Shown: positions 28,567-40,200 of the stretch, one piece after another
How positions within the stretch are numbered: the first letter of the stretch is position 1
Layout: each line of letters begins with the position of its first letter
DNA from: Diadema antillarum
Taxonomy: Eukaryota
Direction of reading: 5' to 3'
Length of the DNA: 64,000 nucleotides
Assembly (NCBI RefSeq): GCF_040938485.1
Contig: NW_027270906.1
Coordinates: forward strand, 124,001 to 188,000
Notes under the pieces: generated by a model
Databases searched by the model: none
Told to the model about the DNA's origin: nothing
The model's input: the letters and a program-made list of their open reading frames with translations, nothing else
Made by a program: the position numbers and the translations under genes

Positions 28567-31500
28567 ATTCTGAGATTCTCTTTATAGCCTCTTTATCTAT
28601 CACAGGTGCAGTTTATATGTGAAATTCCCGACTCTTGTTCAAGGTTTGAATTTACAGAACAAACAGCACATTATACCTGCCAATATAACGTACAAGTACT
28701 ACATAATGAAGATAGGTAACTGGATTCGTCCCGTAGTCCTCCCTGGATTTCATCTCCCTTTATAATCAAGCCAAGATTAATTTGGCCCATCCCTAAACCC
28801 AGGATTACCATTATATGCTGCTCTAGTGCAGGAAAAAATGATTACTAATAAGTAGACACCAATTAAATAGGTCTACTCAATGCAACCTAATCTGCAGCTT
28901 CAAAGTCAGAAGGTAAATAATGATCCTGAAGCTGTACATTTTGTTCAATGGTAGGTCCTACAATCATGGACCTGTAATAACTGGTAACATTACAGTTCGT
29001 AGCAGTATGGTAGTGGGTTACCATGGTAGCGCGCGGCGCTCTATCATCTTTGATATCTTTGATGAGACTATCCTCGTTCAGAGCTCCCTGGGATTTCCCC
29101 ATCCGCCATAATAAATGCGCGCCAGTTCCCGCCTTTAGACACACCCCTACTTTGCTACCATGGCGACCCCTCCGGTCCTCTCATCTCGTCCCCCTGTAAG
29201 ATTCTGTGTACGGAGTGATGGGGTGAGGGATACAGTACATTATGTACCCAACTACCACGTGTTGGAGAGCGCAGTTAAACTCCTAATAGTTTGCTGTGGA
29301 AAATAAGGTATAAAATTTATAGTCTTGCATTAAAGAAGGCTCATCATCACAAGTTACTAGTAGGCCTATTCTACAACGTTACACAGCCACAAGAGGGCAA
29401 GGTCACGTGGTTGTGGGACCACGATTTGACTGTCACCTGGTACATTGCTGTTGTAATCCATGAATCGGCTGGTGATATCCCATTCCCGATCCGAGGGCAG
29501 CGCAGAGTGTGCGAGCTCTCTTCACTTTCTCCACGCTCTCATCTCTACAATGTGCGTGCATGCCTTCCACCATAAGCAGATAAGGAGCTTCAAAGCTTCT
29601 GTTTCCACGTACTAGACCTCGTTGCATGGTGCGTGGTCACGGGGTAGGAGTGGTGGTAAGGAAATTTATGAAAATTGTCATTATTTTGAGCATGCTGTAC
29701 ATCGGTTGCGGTGTACATATGTCTCCTAAGTCTTGGAAGTGCCAAAGTACAATGTAGTTTGCAATCTACTGCACTGAATAACGTCAGAATGAAGAGTAAT
29801 TGTCTTGAATTTTATGAACGGGCTGAGAGTGTGCTGGTGATGGTCGATGGTGGTGGTTGCTGCTGCACTCCAGTGCACATGTTTATATAAAACTAGAGAG
29901 AGACTGATAGAATGTGAGAGAAGAGCTAACTCACAGATAGCTGCTGAGTCCATAATGCAGCCATTGCACCCCCCCCCCCCCCTTTAAAACTTTTGCAGGT
30001 GTTATTTGTTATGCATGGCCTTTTTGGGGGGATTAATGGCTGGACCCATTTTTGTTTCTCCTCTCTCCGAAAAGGCCCTACTGAGTACTGTATGTGTGGG
30101 TTAACTTGGCTTAACAGGTAAACTCGGCTTAACAGGTAAACTCGGCCCCTCGTAATGGGGTCGAGAGGGGCTGCTTCTTCCAAACAATTTAATAGGTAAA
30201 CGGTATTTTTTTTGGGGGGGGGGTGGGGGGCTGCCTCCTGTGTAAGCAGTGTACATTGGAAGGAGCAGGGAGCGTCCTCTCACCTCCCTGGAAGGAGCGA
30301 GCAAGGTCTAGCCCCAAATAAAAGTCGTACCAAAGGAGTTATTAGTAAGTCAGTCACATTGATATCATAATACCCAGTTGGGGGGCTTATAGTTGCTTGA
30401 GCATTGACATTTGATGGGTCATTCTTCGCAAAGTGTGTTTTTGGTCTTACAAATTATTGAAAGAAAAAGTCTCAGAAATGGAAATCTCTTTCATGAAGTG
30501 GGAAAATCATGATGAATGTTGACTTCATTAAATACGGGTGCAATCTTTGTGGGGTGTTTCCTCATTTAAAATAACTCAATTTTTTAGTGCTGCGCAGTAA
30601 TAAGTATATGCAAAATGTAACGTGACGGAGATGACATTTTGTAATCTAATATGGCATAAACAAATTTAAGGATGAATATTTAGTGCAACTGAAACAAAAC
30701 AAAAAATAGCAGTGGTTAAAGGAATTCCAATATGATTAACACCATGCATTTTTAATATCACTTTATTGTTATTTTGAAAGAAAGAAAATAAATCCATCAA
30801 CGTCATCTCCGTCACTTTTTGTGACGGAGATGACGGGTCCAACAATTAATGGCCTCATATCATCTTCCTAATCCATTCACCTGCGGTAAGAACCGTGTGT
30901 ACTGGTAGAGGGTATGATCTTCTCTCCCGTTATGCCACCAAAATCATAAATTGATTTGATTTGATGTGTAATCTTAAGCATGCATTTGGAGATGATGCTG
31001 AATAAAGGTAAGACCTGGCTTTTGTCACAAAAATTTCAAAAAAATTGCAACTTTCTTGATTGAAATAGGGGGAAAAGCAGGTGAGTTCTTCAACGTCAGC
31101 TGGTAACTGTTGTGTAGCACTAAAATCGATACTTGGGGTACCGGACATTTTTAGTTAATGGCGCCCTAAATGTTCGTGACGGAGATGATGCAAATTTGTG
31201 GGACACACAATTTTGAATTATTTTTTTTCATTTTTTTCTTAAATCGTTTGATATTGGTATATCTTATGCTAATTATTTAATAGTACCGGTACACTCTGAA
31301 GTGAAATAAAAAAGCATTTAAAAACATTTCAACATGCTTCCATCTTGAAATGTGACATAAGGATATGTATTTGTAGTATCACCGGGACATGGGGTTTTCA
31401 GTGGTATACGGATACAGGAAAATTGAAATAATAGGTTAGGATAAACAATTTATCCCTTTTTTGTATGTTATCTTAATAACATGAATGTAAGTCATTGTAA

Positions 31501-32308
31501 ACAGAACAGAAAGTAATGAAATGACCTTTTATTTTTGTACATATAACCTTTGAAGGGTGTGTACAGTTCTGGTTGAGGTGAGGATTTAGCTTTTAACGTT
31601 TTGCGAGATACCGGTATTCAGAAATCACTCTATGAGATGTCAAAGAGCATGCAATTCTGAGGGGTATCAAAAGTTTATTTGATGAAAATCGGTTTTGAAA
31701 TGGCTGAGATATCCAAAAACAAGGTGAAACAGAGATCCTAATAAAAGGCGTGGCCTGTCGCCTTTTATTATCACATTTTTGGATATCGTAGATATTTGAA
31801 AACCAATTATCATCAAATAAATGTTGAATCCTTCTTAAAATTACATGCTCTTTCATATTTCATAAGAGGTTTCTCATTATCTCACTTAGGAATGTTCAAA
31901 ACATGAATCCCCACCTGAACCAGTACTCTAATCCCCTTAAACTAGAGGGACACAGAACTTAGTGAAGAATGACCCTGATATGGCTAAGTGCAGGGGTAAA
32001 AGTGTGCAAGTATACTCTCAGGAGGTTCTGCACAGTGTAGGAAGAAGAAGAAGAAGAAGAAGAATAGGCCTACCTTTTGCCTTTTAAATTGACACTTTGA
32101 CACTGAGCTGCCGTTTCTTGTATATTTTTGGCATTTCTTGTGCCTTTACTGATTTACAAATCTCCATTAAAGGGGAAAAGTTATAAAACTCAAATAGCTA
32201 TATCCATTGTACCATTGAACAGTGCCTGACGTTTCAGTGTATTTAACCATGTTGAGAAGGAATAGTATGCTTCAATTGTGCTGTGACATGGACAATTCTA
32301 AACTGATA

Positions 32309-32525
32309 TACTGTAAAAGTGGATATTTTCACATGATTAATTTTTCGCGCTCGGCCGGATAAGAAGAGTTTCGCATGTTTTTAATTCCGCGGAATCAAGA
32401 CGTTAACTACTGGAACATATGGCATGGAGAAATATTCATATGTGCTTTTATTTTTTCGTGCTAGTTTCTCGTTGCGTGAAATGCGCGAAAATTTCAACAC
32501 TGCAAAAATTTCCACTTTTACAGTA
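32309..32525. mobile_element. TA-flanked MITE (TACTGTAAAAGTGGA...TCCACTTTTACAGTA)
   Basis: 15-bp perfect inverted termini; related to 523-720. Confidence 0.72.
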
Positions 32526-32604
32526 GATTGAATCCAATCTGAGGAAAAAATTACTCTGAAAACTCCTGAAAATAATCTTCCTGAGTGATTAAATAGTTTC
32601 AATA

Positions 32605-32696
32605 TTAACCCATTGAGGACAAGCCCCGAGTATACTCAGGCAGGTCTTTATGGGAAATGTGTTTGTTTCAAAATTAGCCCATCCTCAACGGGTTAA
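32605..32696. mobile_element. Miniature (~90 bp) TTAA/CCC...GGG piggyBac-like element; relatives at 36220-36312 and 41736-41833
   Basis: TTAA|CCCATTGAGGAC ... TCCTCAACGGG|TTAA; shared core AGTATACTC(A/G)GGCAGGT...ATGGGAAATG. Confidence 0.7.
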
Positions 32697-32932
32697 AATG
32701 AAGAAACCCCTATACCACCACATGGATCATAACCCCCCCTCCCACCCCCCCCCCCCCATCCACTTCCTTGTAACTTTGCACTGTCTCACCCTTGTCTCTT
32801 CTTTAGTGTTGGCAACCATGTGAATATACATTTTTATTTCTATTTTATGATACTGGAGAGATGTTATCGCTGATGATTGAAAATGTTGCATTCCCATTGT
32901 TTCAAATTCAGCTGTGACATTATTTGTATATG

Positions 32933-33097
32933 CAGGGCTCCACACTAACTTGTATTTTTGGTGGCCCAAAGGCAAACACCCGACCTTTGTTGGTGGCCCG
33001 ATCAGGCCACCAAATTCTTCTTTTCTGAAATTTTGGTGGCCCGACGTGCGTTTTTGGTGGCCCCGGGCCACCGGGCCACCGTTAGTGTCGAGCCCTG
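32933..33097. mobile_element. Small hAT-like MITE
   Basis: TIR CAGGGCTCCACACTAAC / GTTAGTGTCGAGCCCTG, GGTGGCCC subterminal repeats, flanked by the direct repeat GTATATG (7 bp). Confidence 0.68.
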
Positions 33098-34047
33098 GTA
33101 TATGGAAGAGATAGTTCAGGCTTACAGCTGAGGTCATTTAAAAAAAGAAATATACAACTTTTATAATATGGAGGAGAATGTGTAGGCAGACATTGAATTT
33201 GAGGTTTATCTGAAACAGCAAATGAAAAGTGAAAATTTAATTTTATTAGATATAGTAGCTCCACTCTCAGTGTGGTGTCCACAGCAGGCTGGCTCATACT
33301 AGATGCATATGACTTGTTTCTACTGAATGATTAAAGTTCAAAGTGATGAAACACCAAATTTTTCCTCTGTAGAAACATGTTGGTAGTGGATGATGCGAAG
33401 TTTTGCACAGAGGGATGATTATCAGTAGAAACAGTGTGGGTAACAACATTCTTGAAGTCTAAAATTCCTATGGGATGATTCTGCATGTCATTCAGTGGAT
33501 CATAAGGCACGCCATTGACCTTATCTGATCTTATCTGATTTGCAACTTTCTGGTTCACTACATTTTGCAAGTTCCCTCACATTACCTGCTGTACCTGGCA
33601 TCACCGCATATTTTATTGCTCAGTAGAAACATGTTGGACAGAAGCAAGATACAAGGTGATGCAGGGGACAAAATTGTAGGTGATGCGAGGTGATACGGGG
33701 TGTCCATAATAGAAACACACACTTAAGTCAGAATAAAAACAGAAACAAACCTCGAGAAAAAGAAAATGTCCAAACCTTCAATAATGGTTGTAAACATTAG
33801 GTGTATGGAGATATATAATACAGTATTTTCAGAAAGTGCCCTTTTTTAGGAAATGTTTGAAATGTCAATTTGTAAAGGCTTTTTCTTCCTGTTGATTGTA
33901 GAACTCCCTTTATGGAATATCTTCATTGCATCCAAATCATTTTTATAAGAACCTAATTCTTCAGAACGTTGTCACACCTATACACCACTGCTGTAGAAGG
34001 ATTTGGCTTTATGATACAGTATCCGTATGTGCTAAATCTGTTTCCAG

Positions 34048-34160
34048 GTTGACACATAAGCATCTGTAGGCTTCCTACCAGCAGGACACTACTGAAAAAG
34101 GGAAGAAGAGTGAACATCTCGACAAACTGTCCAGGAAGGATGAGGCTTCCAAGCAAGCAG
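34048..34160 (+). other. Candidate upstream DNMT3 exon (possible start ATG at 34140)
   Basis: Acceptor tttccag at 34047 and donor CAG|gtactt at 34160/34161. ATG 34140 has an in-frame upstream TGA and splices in phase 0 to 36101 and then 37262. No transcript evidence. Confidence 0.4.
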
Positions 34161-34362
34161 GTACTTGATGAATATAACTGGTCTCCCGACTCCTAAACAA
34201 GTAGCTTTTCATTAAGATGATTGAATAAAGGAACAGAAGTCAGGGTTTTTTAATATTAAAGCCAAAATGGTCTGCTGTGTTTGTAATGAACTTTTTAATT
34301 CAGTAACTTGTCTGTGAAGGCATGCTATTAGAATCTGCTGATGTCTTGACTTTTGATACGTT

Positions 34363-34702
34363 CCCATTCCACAGAGATTTTCTCTCATCGGTCACTCATC
34401 AGAAGCTAAGTTTATTGCTTCCGGCCACACACTGAAGTGTATCAAATCGCAGTCCGATAGGTCCGACTTGTGTTGGTCGACTATCAGTTCAGTGTCAGAT
34501 ATGTCGGGGGAGGGGGGGGGGATGCGATGAGGCAAGATAGTCTGATGAGGATCACGGGTGACATGTCTGATGCTTGTGTGATAGTCGACCAACCAAGTCA
34601 GATTCATCAGATTGCAATCCGATACACTTCGGTGGGTCGCCGGAAGCAATGCAAACTTGCTTGAGACAAATGACCAATGAGAAAATCTCTGTGGAATTGG
34701 GG
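34363..34702. mobile_element. MITE with ~30-bp TIR
   Basis: CCATTCCACAGAGATTTTCTCTCATCGGTCA / TGACCAATGAGAAAATCTCTGTGGAATTGG; internal GTCGACTATCA/TGATAGTCGAC inverted pair. Confidence 0.68.
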
Positions 34703-36100
34703 TATTATGTTATGCCCGTCTTCTAATGACACCTTACTAGTACCATTGTCGTAACTTTTCACATATAATATGCTTCGTTGAACTCATAAGGTTTGCTTTA
34801 GAGGAGCAAAAGTACTGAAGGTGAAACCATTTCTTCTTAGGTAGTGGATAAGAAAATGGGTAGATAGCGTGTTGATGTGAAATAGGGTGTATTACAGATC
34901 GAAAGAAATCATGCAATGACTACATAGGTAGAGAATTCACTGAACAGGATGCCCTGCTGTTTATATGGAACATCAAAACTATGAACTTGGAAGCCCCTAT
35001 TAGCAAACATGACCAGCTTTCACTGTCATGTGGCATTGTGTGGTGTTCTCCGAGATTTTGTATTGGCAACATTCAATCGGTCCTCATATTCACTTACTTG
35101 TCATGTTGCCTCTACCTAAATATTGGGAATGAGTTCTCATATGTGACTGTGGGATTATCCAGGCATTTACTGTCAATTTGTACAAAGAATTTGAATTATG
35201 AATATAGTCAAAATATCTTCATTTTGCCCTAATGCAAATGAAGTATAAGCAACTCCCACTAGAACAAATTCCTCAGGACTGACAGTTTTCTTTCATTATT
35301 TTGTTAAAGCCGAACAGTGATCCATACAAAGACATGAAGATGATGATTTTGGGACCTGAATCTTTGCTTCTTTGTAACAAGAATTTCATAATAACCATTA
35401 TTGTTATAACAGGAGCACACTGTAATGAAGTACAGTGGACTCCAATTATATAACAAAGTCCTCAGAACAGGCAGTGTTCTTTCATTATATTGAAATTTTT
35501 TCTTGAACAAATTAACTACTAGAAAAGCACTCTGAGAGCGCAGACCTCCACCAAGCAGCTACTTTCCACCGATGATCTTGCTCTTCCATAGAGATCAGTG
35601 ATTACCACCCACTGAAAAATCGCCCGATTTCCCAATATAGAAGCCTTTGTTATGTCACAAACCCTCAGCTGCGCAGTGCGCCTCGCCCTATCGGAAACTA
35701 GAGCACGCACTTAAGTGCGCACATGAATACCGGTACCTCAAAAATATGCATCTTGAACTCCCAAGTTCATTGACCCTTCCTGCCAAAATATCGAAAATCC
35801 TTCATAAGATCCATAAACATTTCCGGATCACTACCAAAATTTAATAATTGTTCCTTGTGTCATTCTCAACCTTTCCTGCAAGTTTCATCAAAATCTGTGC
35901 TCAATTTTTTTCAGTTATTTTGCACACAAACAAACAAACCAACAGTAATGAAAGCATAACCTCCTCCCTTGGCGGAGAGAATAAAAATACAAATAGAGCT
36001 GATAACGTTGCGGCTTGAATTTTTACTTTGTTGTAACCGGAATTTCATTATAGCCATACGCCGTTATAACGGGAGTGTGGATAATTTTTACCTACATCAG

Positions 36101-36202
36101 GTGTTGCTGAGGGTATTCCCCACCTGGGACAGGACGAAACAGAAGCACACAGCTCTCCGCATCTCTGTCAAGTATGGACCGGCCTTCCTGCGTCTTCTAA
36201 AG
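36101..36202 (+). other. Candidate upstream DNMT3 exon (102 nt)
   Basis: Acceptor ctacatcag and donor AAG|gtaaat; length is a multiple of 3; stop-free in two frames. Confidence 0.4.
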
Positions 36203-37276
36203 GTAAATTGTGGTGTTTATTAACCTGTTGAAGACCAGTCCCAAGTATACTCGGGCAGGTGTCTATGGGAAATGCATGTTATAGCAAAATCAGCTCGCCC
36301 TCAACCGTTTAATTTTTGGGAATGCTCCTCCACACCTGGGGTGCAGGGTGGGTGCGGGAGCAGTTATCACCTATATCATTGAAAACTTGACCAAAATGCA
36401 AGTGATCATATGACAAATTAAAATGAATGTTTATTATTTTATTTGCAGAATATGTCAGAACTATCATTGGCATCATTCCCGGACAAAGTTTAATTTATGG
36501 GAGTCTACACGTGGTCAGTTGGTCATTTAGGGTCAGTCCGTACGTTGGGTGGTTGGTCTGTTGCAAAGTCCATGTACATGTTGTTCAAATACTTTGTTGA
36601 TCGCATTGCCTCGAAATATAGATGTACAAGACTTCAATTTTGTTTCTGTTTTTTTTTCCAACCAGTGCAATGGTAACCACAGTATTCATAGAACTGTGGA
36701 ACCAACCTTTTTTCTTTTTTTTTACAGAGTTTTATGCAGTTGGAAATTTGAGGTAACTTTGCATATATTTGAGTTACCAGCCTTTGAATTTTACATTTTA
36801 AGTCTTATAGATTTGGAATCCGCATTTCATTTCCCTCTTTGAATGGGGTTAATTCTAGTTTCACTGTGAGATGGTAGGTGTCAATGTGCGTATGTATTCA
36901 GAGAACAAAAAAGAGAAACAAATGCACCAAATTACTATAGCAGAAAGGATGGCTCAAATCTATATGCAACCTGCCTCACCTCCTACCCCAACTTCCTAGC
37001 TTCTCTCCAGCAAATGGCTACAATAGTCACTACTTTTTAATTATTTTGTATTATTTGATAAACTTAATCTGTTTTAATGACTAATTGTCGACAGAGACAT
37101 TGTTTGGGTCATATAATGAAATATACCAGTGCATCATGGATATTTTAAAACACAGTGTTGAGTTCAATGAAAGATGTTTCTGTAGTATTGATATCTCCCT
37201 CTTGATTAGATCTCATATGTTTAATTTTGCCACAACGTTTTTTTTTTTTTAATGCTTTCAGAGTACTTCCTCAAAG

Positions 37277-40200
37277 ATGCAGTCACAGATAGGAGACTCT
37301 CTCCCTGAAGTCAGGAAACGAGAACTAGAAGACGATGTGGTTGTGCTAAGAAGCTCCAAGAGATTGAAAAGATCCTCCAGTGCTTCCAGCCCCGCAACAC
37401 CCCTGGCTGACTCACCTTCTGCAGTGGTGGAGGATAATGGTGGAGTTCGCGAAATGCACTTCGTGGGAGCATCGCCATGCAAGCAATCTACTACCCAAAG
37501 TGCAGCAGACATTCCAAAGGGAGCTGCAGGGAAGATTCCGTCTTCCAAACCAGATGGTGTAAAGGGAGAGAAGGCATCATCTGATGATCACATTCCAAGC
37601 CAAGATGTGAGAGGCAAAGAGCATTCACTATCATCTTACGGACTGCGGGAAGACGTCCAGCGGCAGCATGTCTCAGAAATATCACGCGAGGATAAACTTT
37701 CTACAAGTGATGAAGCAGCAGACATGGAGGCAAGGAAGACGCCTAACCCAGCAATTTGGAAGAAAAGAGAACTTAGAAGCAGACACAAGTCATTACATTC
37801 CATGAGGGAAGCTTCGGGAAAGAATTATCACCCTTGTGAGTCTGAAGATAATCAGGAGGAACTCAATGTGAGAAGATTTCCATTCAAGGAGGGAACAAAT
37901 GGTTTGTCCTCTGCAGGAGGTAGTGTGACAAGCATCTCGAGAAATGATGGGACAGTTTGTGTCAGTGAGACATCAGAGGAGTGTGAGGAAATCAAAGCCT
38001 ATCAAATTCAAGTTGGATATGTGGAGTCAGATGAGTCCAGTGATAATTTGAGGATTGCAATGAACAGCGACCCCATGCTCTCTGCAGCGAGCTCAGTTGG
38101 TAAGAGCCAAGATCTTCAAGGCAGTGAAGACTTGGCTTCTCACGTTGCAGGTCTTCGCTTCCAGAGTCTTTCAGTTTGCTCTTTGGAGGAAAATGAGAAA
38201 GCTCAAGATGGAGAGAAGACCTTGCTTGACTCCTCATCACCTGTAAATAGCTCTCTGGTGGAAGATGTTTCCCCAATGTCTGCCACCTTTGACAGTCTTC
38301 TTCCTGGACTGGAAATACTGCAAGTCTGTAGACGGTCACAGGATGCCTCTCGCCCCCAAGACTTGGCTTCTCGACTGGAGGTAAAATGTGACAAGGTCAA
38401 AAAAAGTCCCATGAAAAAGAAGAGCAAAGGGAAGAAGTCCAAACAGGAATCTATGATGTCCCCTTCAATGACTGCAGCAGGCAAAGGGTGTCACAAAAAG
38501 CCGAAGCAGACTCCATCTCCCGTGAAAAGCCCGGTTTTTGAGATGGGGCCTCCAGTGAGTAATTGGGCTAATCTGAACAAACCAGTCACTTCTCCATGCC
38601 ACGTTTTCCTCAAGGACAGTCTGAAGTACCCAAGGATGGGTGAACTACAGGAATTAGGTCCATTGGAAACTTCATCAGAGCCACAGGATAAGGGTCTTTT
38701 GACCTTTCAGGACAATCCAAGCACAAAGACCTCTCCATCCAATGCTGGAGATGGTACTCCAGCAGAATGTAAATGTCCAGCTGTCACCCAGGAGAAAGTG
38801 ACCAACGAGAGACCAGGTCAGGACACACAGGAGCAAACTAAGGGCAGCAGGCTCCTTTCTCCAAAAATGTTTATCGATCAGTTCTTGGATTATCTGGAAG
38901 GTGAACCTGATGCTATGGTCGGCAAGACTGCGAACAGTGGGGAAAGTAAGAGCACAAGGAAGGACTCGGTACACAGTGAGCCTAAGAAGCAACCCAAGAA
39001 AGAATCACATTCTGATGGTCGAAGGGGGCGGGGTGGATGGGAGGCATCTCTGAGACAGTGTCCTCAGAAGATCACCTTGTTTCAGCTTGGTCAGACACCT
39101 GGCACCAACGGTAGCAAGTCCACAACCAAGGACGGCCTGAACTCTCCAGGCAAGAAGGGAACCCCATCCAAGAAAAAGATGGTCTCGGAGGTAAGGCTCA
39201 TTGCTGTACTTATAGCTTTCTCAGCCTACTTGCTAGAAATCACTTCTTCAAGGTAGCCATACCAAAAATGATTTTTCAGTATGATATGCCTGTGATTGTA
39301 GGAGCCAGAGGGATGTAATATGTCAGTGTACACGTTTTATTTTGACCAACTACACTGATACAACTTGTGATTATATTTTGGAAGGTGAAGATAGAAAAGG
39401 ATCTTCCATCTGAGACGAGTGCTGTGACACCAAAGTTGGAACTTATAAAACGGAAGAAGCCCAGGGAGGTGGCCAAGGTAATTCGATCCTGAAATAAATG
39501 TTTTCAAATTTGATATATTTTACATAGTAGCTAGATAAGCCAGGGCTGTCTGTCAAACCAGTAGGTACCCAATTTTTCAATTTTTTACTTGTCCATTCCG
39601 GAAAAAGTTACTGGTCCGACAGTGATTTTTACTGATCCTGGACCTTCGGACTAGTGCCAGTGTGCAGAATTGGATAAGCAATACACACCTGTGAGCACAC
39701 AGCCATGAGACATTGTCCCCTCCTATGGACTGAGCAGTGAGGTTAGAGTGCATATAGGTATAGCTTCTGCTATCGAGAGGCTTGAACCAGGGACCTTGTA
39801 ACTGATATCTCTTGGTCTTCTCCACCAAGCCACAGCAGCTCCTAATAGTGTCATGGTGGACTGTATATCATACATACCTAAGCAATGCATTCTTTGTGCT
39901 GAATTATTATAAGTGATATAGCTACTGTAGGATCTGGAGTGCGCATCCCATGAGCTATTTCTGTGATGCTTTACTATTGATAGTTAAATCTTCAGCATTC
40001 AAGCCTCGTAAGAACCAGTGTTGCCATACATCTTTGACAGTTTACTCTTTTATGTGACATATACCACAAATTATATATTTGAAAGGAAATTTGTGAATAC
40101 GAAAATGAAAGCCTGCATTTTGCATTTAGATTAGCAAGAAAATTCAATTAATATGTTTTGTTTGATTCATAGGAATTAGGAATGAGTGTTTCGATAATGA

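Noticed and set aside
30108-30146. 18-bp tandem duplicate containing CAGGTAA (Zelda-like site)
   Set aside because: Only two copies, and Zelda is not a deuterostome factor; most likely a slippage duplication.
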